DNA from: Candidatus Sungiibacteriota bacterium
Lineage (GTDB): Bacteria; Patescibacteriota; Minisyncoccia; Sungbacterales; HO2-52-23
DNA length: 64,000 nucleotides
NCBI GenBank assembly: GCA_016180435.1
Contig: JACPBG010000004.1
Location: forward strand, 59,660-123,659
Direction: 5' to 3'
A model generated the notes under the pieces. That model was not told the DNA's origin. It made no database searches and saw nothing but the letters and a program-made list of their open reading frames with translations. Position numbers and translations under genes: made by a program. This document shows, one piece after another, positions 8,109 through 15,763 of this stretch. Every line of letters starts with the position of its first letter. Positions within the stretch are counted from its first letter, which is position 1.

Positions 8109-9195
8109 GAATTGTATCCGTCATATGTTCCAACCTTTTCTCTTTTGCTAATTCATAAATGGAGTCATAGGGAATATATGAACAGAGCTCCGACAAAGGC
8201 CCTTTCTCCATGACCGCAAAGATTGGGCGAGAAATTTGTTTAAAAACTTCATTTCGTCTGTTGTTGGGCGCAACAATATGAATTTTAATTTCTATATTTG
8301 GCAAAAGAGAAAGTAGATCGGCCATTCTTAAAATACCGGAGTAAATCGACGTCGTTCCCTCAACTTCAAACGCTCGAATTATTGTACGCCCTTGAATCCA
8401 AAGAACGTCGATATTTTTAATCGTTCTTAATGTGATGTCATCAAAAGAAAATGGAAGCTCCTCCAATAAGACATTTTCTTTCGGCTTCCATACTTCTAAT
8501 ACTCCCACGCGATCATTTCTTGGTAACCACACCTTAAAACCTAATTTCTCTCCAATTTCCGAGAGTTTGGCCTGAACCCTGATCGATTCCCGCTCCTCGC
8601 CTACTGGTACTACTTCTTGTGCTTCTTTAGTGGGTTCTTCATCTTCCGGAACTGACACAGAAACTTCCTTTTTGCCAGCCAGACGCATTTTTGAAGATTT
8701 TAATTTCTTTTCATCATTTTCACTAAATTTATATTCAACGAGTTTTTGAGATTGTTCAATGAGTATTTTTTCCAAAAACTCGCAATCGGTTTTTGGCCAC
8801 AAACGAGGACTCGAAAAAATCACATACGTCCATTTGTTGCTATCTTTGGCGAATTCTTTTGTAAAAGAAAGATTATTCCAAATAAAGTCCTCGTGAACAG
8901 GAATCGCTTTTTCAAAAGGTAACCAAACTATAGGTTTTACATTAAAGCGCAAAATAAATGGATCATCTTCTTTTTGAAACAGAGGTGTCTTATCTATAAA
9001 ATATTTACTGGTAATTTCCAAAACACCAACGAAGCGTTGTATCCTTGTTACATAGCAAATAAACTTGTCGCCCGGGCCAATATTTTGATTTTCTACATAA
9101 GTTTTTCTGGAAATCCGAAAACCGCTTACATCCTGTTTGGATTGTTCAAATGCTCGTGCGGTTTCCGGAGAAAATAGATCAATAAAGTAACTCAT
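8077..9195 (-). CDS. EVE/PUA-like N-terminal domain fused to C-terminal putative PD-(D/E)xK-like nuclease domain (type IV / modification-dependent restriction-like)
   Basis: N-term GPGDKFICYVTRIQRFVGVLEITSKYF...DPFILRFNVKPIVWL fits PUA-like beta-barrel pattern; C-term IDVLWIQGRTIIRAFEVEGTTSIYSGILRMADL nuclease-like core; acidic low-complexity linker. Confidence 0.45.
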   Translation of the reverse strand: MSYFIDLFSPETARAFEQSKQDVSGFRISRKTYVENQNIGPGDKFICYVTRIQRFVGVLEITSKYFIDKTPLFQKEDDPFILRFNVKPIVWLPFEKAIPVHEDFIWNNLSFTKEFAKDSNKWTYVIFSSPRLWPKTDCEFLEKILIEQSQKLVEYKFSENDEKKLKSSKMRLAGKKEVSVSVPEDEEPTKEAQEVVPVGEERESIRVQAKLSEIGEKLGFKVWLPRNDRVGVLEVWKPKENVLLEELPFSFDDITLRTIKNIDVLWIQGRTIIRAFEVEGTTSIYSGILRMADLLSLLPNIEIKIHIVAPNNRRNEVFKQISRPIFAVMEKGPLSELCSYIPYDSIYELAKEKRLEHMTDTILDEYSEYSEE

Positions 9196-9197
9196 AA

Positions 9198-9407
9198 CTA
9201 TTTCATTAAATCATCAAGCGATACGCCGAGCGCGTCCGCAATTTTCTTAACCGTCTCAATGGTTGGATTAGGTGTCGTTCCGGCTTCAATCTTGGCGATA
9301 GTATGAAAAGCAAGGTTTGCCCTTTTTGAGAGGACATCTTGAGAAATACCGAGCTTGTTTCGGTATTTCTTTATATTCTCGCCAATTGTCGCTCCTTGCT
9401 TTGACAT
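9198..9407 (-). CDS. XRE-family helix-turn-helix transcriptional regulator (controller-protein-like), first gene of cassette operon
   Basis: LGISQDVLSKRANLAFHTIAKIEAG ... IADALGVSLDDL classic HTH_3. Confidence 0.85.
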   Translation of the reverse strand: MSKQGATIGENIKKYRNKLGISQDVLSKRANLAFHTIAKIEAGTTPNPTIETVKKIADALGVSLDDLMK

Positions 9408-9506
9408 AGTTCGTATAGTTATACTATACTAGTTAGTAGATACTCGTTGGTTTAACTATCACAAGTTTAGTATATGCAATTTTTAGGATTTAATCAATTG
9501 GTTGGT

Positions 9507-9716
9507 CACTGCCACAACCGTGAGGACGGCTCGGCAGGAGGGGGTTGGGGGGAGGAATGCCGAGCCGTCCGAGTGCGAGCCGACCAGCAGGGCGGCGAGC
9601 CAATCAAGGGGTAAATCAGTCGGGATTTTGCTCAAAATGAGTCCGAACAGTATCATATAAACACCAACCCTTATTTACTAAAAAATCGCCGGATGGCGAT
9701 TTTTTAGTAAATAAGG
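9507..9716. repeat. right terminal inverted repeat (~210 bp), outer end is a perfect extended palindrome ccaacccttatttactaaaaaatcgcc-ggat-ggcgattttttagtaaataagggttgg, abutting tRNA-Ala 3' end
   Basis: reverse complement of 4782-4958. Confidence 0.85.
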
Positions 9717-9718
9717 GT

Positions 9719-9789
9719 TGGACCTACGGGGAGTCGAACCCCGACCTCATCCATGCCATGGATGCGTAATGCCGCTTTACTATAGGCCC
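9719..9789 (-). tRNA. tRNA-Ala (anticodon GGC), G3:U70 present, CCA not encoded
   Basis: cloverleaf folds by hand: acceptor GGGCCTA/TAGGTCC, anticodon loop ATGGCAT, T-loop TTCGACT. Confidence 0.85.
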
Positions 9790-9817
9790 GTTTCGATCTT
9801 AAATTGTGATGATATTA

Positions 9818-10303
9818 TTACGGTATATTTTTATACACATCGATAATTCGTTTAATCGTAGCGGCTAATTCTTTGTCGTCCCGGATATCAGTATCTTGTA
9901 AAGATTCTTCAAGCGCCCGTACCGCCGCTTTTTTATTGGATTGAGATTCCATGAATACCGTAAGATGGATAGCCGCGAGCCGCTGTTTTTTATTTTTTTC
10001 GATCATCGGCGCGTCATCGGATAATTTTTGTTCCATAATTTTTTTCAAAATCGATTGCAGCGCGGCACGTTCCGGAGTTGTTTTTTCGACGGTTTCACGT
10101 TTCGATTTCTCTTCCATCCCCACTTCGCCCCCCTTCGCAAAACCCTCCGATGCGGCAACGGAGAGGAATGCACCGAGCGCAAGGGCGGATGTCTTTTTTC
10201 CGATGCGTTTCAATGCCAACGATTTTTCCTGTTTCAATTTATTGTCCGTACGCACCTCTTTATGCTTCGGTATATTCTCTGATGGTTGCCGTTCAAAATT
10301 CAT
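9818..10303 (-). CDS. hypothetical protein with N-terminal hydrophobic anchor/signal, charged low-complexity body
   Basis: ORF only. Confidence 0.4.
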   Translation of the reverse strand: MNFERQPSENIPKHKEVRTDNKLKQEKSLALKRIGKKTSALALGAFLSVAASEGFAKGGEVGMEEKSKRETVEKTTPERAALQSILKKIMEQKLSDDAPMIEKNKKQRLAAIHLTVFMESQSNKKAAVRALEESLQDTDIRDDKELAATIKRIIDVYKNIP

Positions 10304-10343
10304 ATAAAAAATATTTTACGAATAATAATTTTATACGACCGTA

Positions 10344-10790
10344 TTAAATTCGCGTATAAGATAATACCAATAATCCGACTAAAACAATTGTAAACACTAT
10401 TTCAGATTTTGAAAATATCGGTAAAAATCCTCTAATCTTATGCTTGAACGGATAAAAATACTGTTTTTCGTCTTGATCGGGCCAGTCCAGAATTAAATGC
10501 ACAAGATAAGCAATAAAGAAATAAAAAGCACCAGTTATATTTATAAATAATATTGGAATAGTCATAACAGCTGCTCCTAAAATAGAATGCGCATATTTTG
10601 TTTTATAGCGTATATTGTGGGCGTCTTCAAATCTCATGCTGTCTATGATTTTATTCCAAGAAAAAATTTTATGCCGGTATAAGACAAATAAATGGTCAAG
10701 GTCGGGAATAATTGAACCCGCCAGCCAAAACCAAGAAAATTGGTAATTATTTACTGGCATCGTACCTATTATTAAGTGCGCAAAAATCAT
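10344..10790 (-). CDS. membrane-bound metal-dependent hydrolase-like protein (YdjM/DUF457-like)
   Basis: LIIGTMPVNNYQFSWFWLAGSIIPDLDHLF pattern (H..G....PDxDH) and 4 TM. Confidence 0.4.
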   Translation of the reverse strand: MIFAHLIIGTMPVNNYQFSWFWLAGSIIPDLDHLFVLYRHKIFSWNKIIDSMRFEDAHNIRYKTKYAHSILGAAVMTIPILFINITGAFYFFIAYLVHLILDWPDQDEKQYFYPFKHKIRGFLPIFSKSEIVFTIVLVGLLVLSYTRI

Positions 10791-10900
10791 ATTATTTTTT
10801 TATCCTCAATTCTAAACTTTGCACGAACCCATTTTGAGCATAACCTTGGGCCATAGTGGGCGCAAGGTGACCTCCGCAGCTCACCCAGCCCCGCCATTGG

Positions 10901-10938
10901 CTCCTTTTCAATTAGAAATCAATTTTTGTGGGTTTTGG
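10901..10938. repeat. 38-bp inverted repeat, left copy (tccttttcaattagaaatcaatttttgtgggttttggg)
   Basis: perfect reverse complement at 12105-12142. Confidence 0.8.
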
Positions 10939-11040
10939 GGCGTTACTGACTTGCCGCTAGGTAGGCCGGAGTTACCCGAGTATGATGTATAAAATGATTT
11001 GCCACAAACAAATTTATTGTTACACCCCTGCGAACTAATT

Positions 11041-12048
11041 TTATCGCATTCTTAACTCGCACGCTTCTCGTGAGCTCATGGACTTGCCGTCAACAATAAA
11101 AGAATGTTTTATAAGCGAATTATCAAAGGTGCTGCACGGATTCGGATCAGAATAAGAAGTTTTATAAGCTAGGATACACTTTTTAAAGTTTGGCGCATAA
11201 ACAAAAAGTTCGTTGCAAATAGTCACGTCTCTTGATTTTATGGCGTAAGCAACTATACAAGCACCTGTCGCATCTTCCGGTAAATCGATTTTTATATTGA
11301 GATCATTTTTGGGCTCTGGTCTAATTTTATACTTTGAAGAGGTCAAGCGCGCTACTTCTGGTTTTTGGCACTCAACAACTGATTTTGCGGCATAAATCCT
11401 GTTGTAGAAAATAGCTTCTGCAAAAGTATAGTTAAAAATATATGCCCCCATCAATATTACTATTAAAAATATGAACCCTATTCTGTAGTAAAAAAATGAT
11501 TTTACTTTACTAATACCGGATATAACTCCTGCTACCCACATCATGCCTGCCAGGTAAGCCGTGTATAAAATATAGGACATTGTATTAACTAAATATAAAG
11601 GGGTTTCTACATCAAGAAAGAATTTTAAGTTTTCGGCACCGACTAGAAATATGTTTAACAAATAATGCCTTAAAAGCGTTATGCCGACTCCATCATAAAT
11701 ATTAGAATCTCTAACCGCTGGTATTAAAAGTAGTACCAAGAATAATATTGCTAAAAAATATTTTTTGGTAAGAAATTTTTTAGTTGTAAAAAATATTACT
11801 AGTGCATAACCTACCACAAGTCCAAGATTTATTAAGGCGTTAAATGGAGCCCAAAGAATACTAGGAAACAAGGCTGTGTAAAATACAAATCCACATCCTC
11901 CAAAGGAGCAACCATAATAAATCAAAGGCGCTGAAAGCGCTATAATAAACGAGAAGAAAAACAATCTTTTCCTAGAATATACAAACTTTTCTGTAATAGT
12001 TCCAGTGGACATTAATTTAAGAATAACTTGTCGGTCTTTTATTATCAA
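11041..12048 (-). CDS. AT-rich polytopic membrane protein with Cys-rich C-terminal extracytoplasmic region; hypothetical
   Basis: ~8 TM helices, C-terminal CxxxC-rich tail; markedly lower GC than neighbours. Confidence 0.55.
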   Translation of the reverse strand: MIIKDRQVILKLMSTGTITEKFVYSRKRLFFFSFIIALSAPLIYYGCSFGGCGFVFYTALFPSILWAPFNALINLGLVVGYALVIFFTTKKFLTKKYFLAILFLVLLLIPAVRDSNIYDGVGITLLRHYLLNIFLVGAENLKFFLDVETPLYLVNTMSYILYTAYLAGMMWVAGVISGISKVKSFFYYRIGFIFLIVILMGAYIFNYTFAEAIFYNRIYAAKSVVECQKPEVARLTSSKYKIRPEPKNDLNIKIDLPEDATGACIVAYAIKSRDVTICNELFVYAPNFKKCILAYKTSYSDPNPCSTFDNSLIKHSFIVDGKSMSSREACELRMR

Positions 12049-12104
12049 GTTCCGATTACAAGTCTGGTATATGTGCGGATTAGCTCCACTTTTGCGCTAG
12101 CAAA

Positions 12105-12142
12105 GCCCAAAACCCACAAAAATTGATTTCTAATTGAAAAGG
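12105..12142. repeat. 38-bp inverted repeat, right copy
   Basis: reverse complement of 10901-10938. Confidence 0.8.
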
Positions 12143-12194
12143 AAATTCCGCGCGCCCACCTTCTCCGCTAAAGGCGGGTTGCGGGTTTTTGGAG

Positions 12195-12298
12195 CGAGTC
12201 CCAGCATGATAATACTTTCCCGATTTTTGGGGGAGGTTGCCTCGCCGCTTCGCGGCTCGGCTCGGCGGCTTTGCGCAAGGCGCAAAGCCAAAAAATCC
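12195..12298. repeat. ~104-bp inverted repeat, left copy (upstream of recombinase start)
   Basis: reverse complement of 13775-13876 with few mismatches. Confidence 0.8.
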
Positions 12299-12361
12299 CA
12301 CGGCGCGGAAAACGAAAAGGAAGCGGATAAGGAATATCTAAAATCAATAATTTAAGAAATT

Positions 12362-13972
12362 ATGCTCAAACCAAAATATTTTCTCTACGCTCGCAAGAGC
12401 ACCGAGGATGATGACAAACAAGTAATGTCTATTGAAGCACAGCTTTTTGAATTGCGTGAATTTGCCAAAAGAGAAAATATTGAAATTCTTGAAGAATTTA
12501 CCGAGGCGAAAAGCGCAAAGACGCCGGGACGAGAAGTATTTAATTTAATGATGGGAAAAATTGAAAAATTGGAGGGAGTTGGAATCCTCGCGTGGCACCC
12601 AGATCGTCTCGCTAGAAATTCTGTTGATGGTGGTAAAATCGTTTATTTTGTTGATACGCAAAAAATAATTTCTTTGCGCTTTCCGCAATTTTGGTTTGAG
12701 CCAACTCCGCAAGGGAAATTTATGTTGCAAGTGGCGTTCGGACAGAGCAAATATTTTTCTGACAACTTGGTGGAAAATGTAAAGCGCGGTATCCGCCAAA
12801 AACTCCGCCGTGGCGAGTGGTTGACGCTCGCACCCTTTGGCTATGTGAACAATCCGAAAACGAGACAAATTGAACCGCACCCTACCAAATCAAAAATTGT
12901 CGTGCGAGCGTTTGAGGAGTTTGCCAAAGGAACGCATACGCTCAAAAGTATGTCGGAGTTTTTGGCGGAGCTTGGCGTTGAAACAAAGAACCGAACGCCA
13001 CTTGCGAAATGCAGTATTCACCACTTACTTACCAATCGCGCCTATCTCGGTTTTGTCGCGCACCACGGCGAATATCACGAGGGCACATTTCCGCCAATTC
13101 TTTCCCTCGCAACCTTTGAAGCCGTGCAGGAAGTATTGAAAAGGAAAGCGAAACCTCGCAAATCCAAACAGAGGCACAATTTCCCTTTTACCGGACTACT
13201 CACCTGCGGAGAGTGCGGCTCGGCGATCACCGCGCAATTCGCGCACGGCAATGGCGGAACATATCGCTACTATCGGTGCACGCGGAAAAAGGGAAATTGC
13301 GCTCAAAGATATTTGCGAGAGGATTTACTCGTTTCGCAATTAAAAGCACGGCTTCAAAGCGTTGCGCTTTGCGATGAGTGGATAAAGAAAATGTTAGCGA
13401 AAGTAAATGAATGGGAAAAAGAAAAAGTCCACTCATCGCAAACATTCGTCCAAAATCTGGAAACCAAAAGAACGGCCACGCAAGAGAAACTGGATAAACT
13501 TGTCTCGGCGTATATTGACGGCGACATACCCAAAGAAAACTATTTGAAAAAGAAAGAGGAGTTATTGAAGCAAAAAGTTTCTTTTGCGTCCCAAAAATCG
13601 GATTTTGGACGAACGGGAAAGAATTGGATCGAACCCTTGCGGAGTTGGATTTTAGATATACAGAAAGCCGAAAAATTGTCGCAGAGCGACAATTTTGAGG
13701 ACATTAAGGCGTTTGTCCAAAAAGTTGGAACGAACCATCAACTTTTGGACAAATCCGCTTCATTTTCGTTTTCTGCGCCGTGGGATTATGCGGCTTTGCG
13801 TCTCGCGCAAAGCCGCCAAGCCGAGGGGCGAAGCGGCGAGGCAACCTCCCCCAAAAATCGGGAAAGTATTATCATGTCCCCTCGGGAAGAATTGAACTCC
13901 CATTTTCTCCTTAGGACGGAGACGCTCTGTCCGTTGAGCTACGAGGGGGTTTGGATATTCGCTAAAATATAG
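12362..13972 (+). CDS. large serine recombinase (resolvase/invertase catalytic domain + recombinase domain + zinc ribbon); annotated ORF reads through right repeat and tRNA-Arg so true stop may be as given or protein C-terminus is fortuitous read-through
   Basis: YARKSTEDDDKQ (catalytic Ser region), LAWHPDRLARN, VKRGIRQKLRRGEWLTLAPFGY, CGECGS...YRYYRC. Confidence 0.85.
   Translation: MLKPKYFLYARKSTEDDDKQVMSIEAQLFELREFAKRENIEILEEFTEAKSAKTPGREVFNLMMGKIEKLEGVGILAWHPDRLARNSVDGGKIVYFVDTQKIISLRFPQFWFEPTPQGKFMLQVAFGQSKYFSDNLVENVKRGIRQKLRRGEWLTLAPFGYVNNPKTRQIEPHPTKSKIVVRAFEEFAKGTHTLKSMSEFLAELGVETKNRTPLAKCSIHHLLTNRAYLGFVAHHGEYHEGTFPPILSLATFEAVQEVLKRKAKPRKSKQRHNFPFTGLLTCGECGSAITAQFAHGNGGTYRYYRCTRKKGNCAQRYLREDLLVSQLKARLQSVALCDEWIKKMLAKVNEWEKEKVHSSQTFVQNLETKRTATQEKLDKLVSAYIDGDIPKENYLKKKEELLKQKVSFASQKSDFGRTGKNWIEPLRSWILDIQKAEKLSQSDNFEDIKAFVQKVGTNHQLLDKSASFSFSAPWDYAALRLAQSRQAEGRSGEATSPKNRESIIMSPREELNSHFLLRTETLCPLSYEGVWIFAKI
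13775..13876. repeat. ~104-bp inverted repeat, right copy, lying inside 3' end of recombinase ORF and abutting tRNA-Arg(CCT) 3' end
   Basis: reverse complement of 12195-12298. Confidence 0.8.
13877..13948 (-). tRNA. tRNA-Arg (anticodon CCT); overlapped by 3' end of recombinase ORF
   Basis: cloverleaf by hand: acceptor CCCCTCG/CGAGGGG, D-arm GCTC..GAGC, anticodon loop GTCCTAA, T-loop TTCAATT; backbone very similar to tRNA-Arg(TCT) at 17102. Confidence 0.7.
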
Positions 13973-13984
13973 TATCATAAATTT

Positions 13985-15058
13985 ATGCCTTACACAAACT
14001 ATGAGGAAAAAATAATTGATACGGTAAAAAAAGTGATGCCCGCGGTGGTGTCTATTGTTGTTGGGAAGACCTATGACGAAATTGTAAAAGAGCGTCCGTA
14101 TGAGCTCATGGTGCCGCACGGCGATCATGTGGATTTGCCGCCGCCGGAGGAAGATTTGCCGCACACTCCATCCGGTAAAGTGCGTATTGGCGGAGGATCA
14201 GGATTTATTATTGACGCCTCCGGTCTTATTTTAACCAATAAACACGTGGTTTTTGACGAAAAAGCAGAATATCTTGTAACTACCGCGGCTGAAGACACGT
14301 ATCCCGCTAAAGTTATTGCGCGTGATCCGTTAAATGATGTGGCAATCGTAAAAATAGAAGCGGAGAATTTGCAGGTTATTTCTCTGGGAAATTCAAATGC
14401 CATAGAGCTCGGGCAAACCGCGCTTGCGGTTGGCACGGCTCTGGGTGAATTCCAGAATACGGTTTCGGCCGGAATTGTTTCCGGACTGTCGCGTTTTATC
14501 AATGCCATTACCGATATGGAAGGACATTCGGAACGGCTGCGGGGGCTGATTCAGACCGATGCCGCCATAAATCCGGGAAATTCCGGCGGGCCGCTGGTAA
14601 ATTTAAAAGGCGAGGCAATCGGAATTAACGCGGCCGTGGTTTTCGGCGCGCAAAACATAGGGTTTGCGATTCCCATCAATAAAGCCAAGTACGATCTTGA
14701 TGAATTAAAAAAATACGGTCGTATTCGCCGGCCTTTTCTGGGCATCCGCTATATCCTTTTAAACCCCATGCTTAAACGCAGATTTCGTTTGGCGGTTGAT
14801 CGGGGCGCATTTGTGTTGCGCGAGGGGGTTCCGGGGCGATCGGCCGTGATAGCCGGATCAGCCGCGGAAAAAGCGGGCATACATGAGACCGATATAATCC
14901 TTGAGCTTAATCAAATCAAAATAGACGAAAAAACCTCGCCCGAGGATATCTTGGAAGGTGCGGCTTTGGGCACAAAAATACCCGTAAGAATTTTACGGGA
15001 CGGCAAAGAAGAAATTTTAACAGCACCAGTTGAAGAGCGCGCGATATCAACCGGATAG
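13985..15058 (+). CDS. htrA: HtrA/DegP-family serine protease with C-terminal PDZ domain
   Basis: catalytic triad contexts TNKHVV (His), NDVAIVKIE (Asp), GNSGGPLVN (Ser). Confidence 0.85.
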   Translation: MPYTNYEEKIIDTVKKVMPAVVSIVVGKTYDEIVKERPYELMVPHGDHVDLPPPEEDLPHTPSGKVRIGGGSGFIIDASGLILTNKHVVFDEKAEYLVTTAAEDTYPAKVIARDPLNDVAIVKIEAENLQVISLGNSNAIELGQTALAVGTALGEFQNTVSAGIVSGLSRFINAITDMEGHSERLRGLIQTDAAINPGNSGGPLVNLKGEAIGINAAVVFGAQNIGFAIPINKAKYDLDELKKYGRIRRPFLGIRYILLNPMLKRRFRLAVDRGAFVLREGVPGRSAVIAGSAAEKAGIHETDIILELNQIKIDEKTSPEDILEGAALGTKIPVRILRDGKEEILTAPVEERAISTG

Positions 15059-15063
15059 ATACG

Positions 15064-15447
15064 TTAGGCCGTGCCAGCCGCCTTTTTTACGCGCTCTACA
15101 ATTTCCGGGAGCGCGAAATTTGCTTTTACAAGATAATCAATCGCGCCCAGGCGTTTGGCTTCTTCAATATCGGTTTCTTCCGAGAGGTTTGAAAGAAACA
15201 TGGCTTTCATTTCCGGTCCTCCGGGTTCGCGCCGTATTTTGCGCAGTGTGTCAAAGCCGTTTTGGTCCGGAAGCAGTACGTCAAGTAGAATAATATCCGG
15301 CGCGGATTCTTTGAATTTTTCAACACCCTCGGCTCCGGTACGCGCCACCGAAATTTCAAAACCCGCATTGGAGAATTCATGCGTCAAAAGTTCCACCATA
15401 AAGGCGTCGTCCTCAACCAATAGAATTTTATGAGAAGTTTCTGCCAT
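15064..15447 (-). CDS. single-domain CheY-like response regulator (receiver domain); start taken at MAETSHKILLVEDD rather than longest ORF (15573)
   Basis: ILLVEDD...DIILLDVLLPDQNGFD...KAMFLSN receiver-domain pattern. Confidence 0.75.
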   Translation of the reverse strand: MAETSHKILLVEDDAFMVELLTHEFSNAGFEISVARTGAEGVEKFKESAPDIILLDVLLPDQNGFDTLRKIRREPGGPEMKAMFLSNLSEETDIEEAKRLGAIDYLVKANFALPEIVERVKKAAGTA

Positions 15448-15451
15448 AAAT

Positions 15452-15571
15452 GGGATTGTTGCCGAATGCGCTTTCGTAGCGAAAATGATGAATTTTGAGA
15501 CAAAATCGCTGAATAAACTTGGCGGCCTATCTGAAAGATAAGCCAAGAAGATGGTATTCGGCAACAGTCCC
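15452..15571 (-). ncRNA. ~120-nt structured 5' leader element immediately upstream of response-regulator start codon; second copy at 62732-62893
   Basis: outer stem GGGATTGTTGCC/GGCAACAGTCCC, internal hairpins CGCTttcgtAGCG and TTGGC..TATCtgaaaGATA..GCCAA; conserved blocks shared with 62732-62893. Confidence 0.45.
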
Positions 15572-15629
15572 AAATATAGTGTATAACTTTATTGGATTAA
15601 AATCAAAAACCGGTTTTGCACAAAACTTG

Positions 15630-15702
15630 GGCGGCTAGAGAGAATTGAACTCTCGCTAAGGGTTCCACAAACCCCTGTGACTGCCACTACACCATAGCCG
15701 CC
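15630..15702 (-). tRNA. tRNA-His (anticodon GTG) with encoded G-1 opposite C73
   Basis: anticodon loop TTGTGGA, T-loop TTCAATT, acceptor GCGGCTA/TAGCCGC plus extra 5' G. Confidence 0.8.
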
Positions 15703-15763
15703 AACCCATCAAATTATACCGTAAAAACTTCCAAAAATCAACTTTTCATGCTATAATTAGTAA

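Noticed and set aside
4782-9720. Autonomous IS/transposon interpretation of the TIR cassette
   Set aside because: No transposase or recombinase inside the TIRs; TIRs are far longer than typical IS ends; kept as non-autonomous cassette or terminator-insulated island instead
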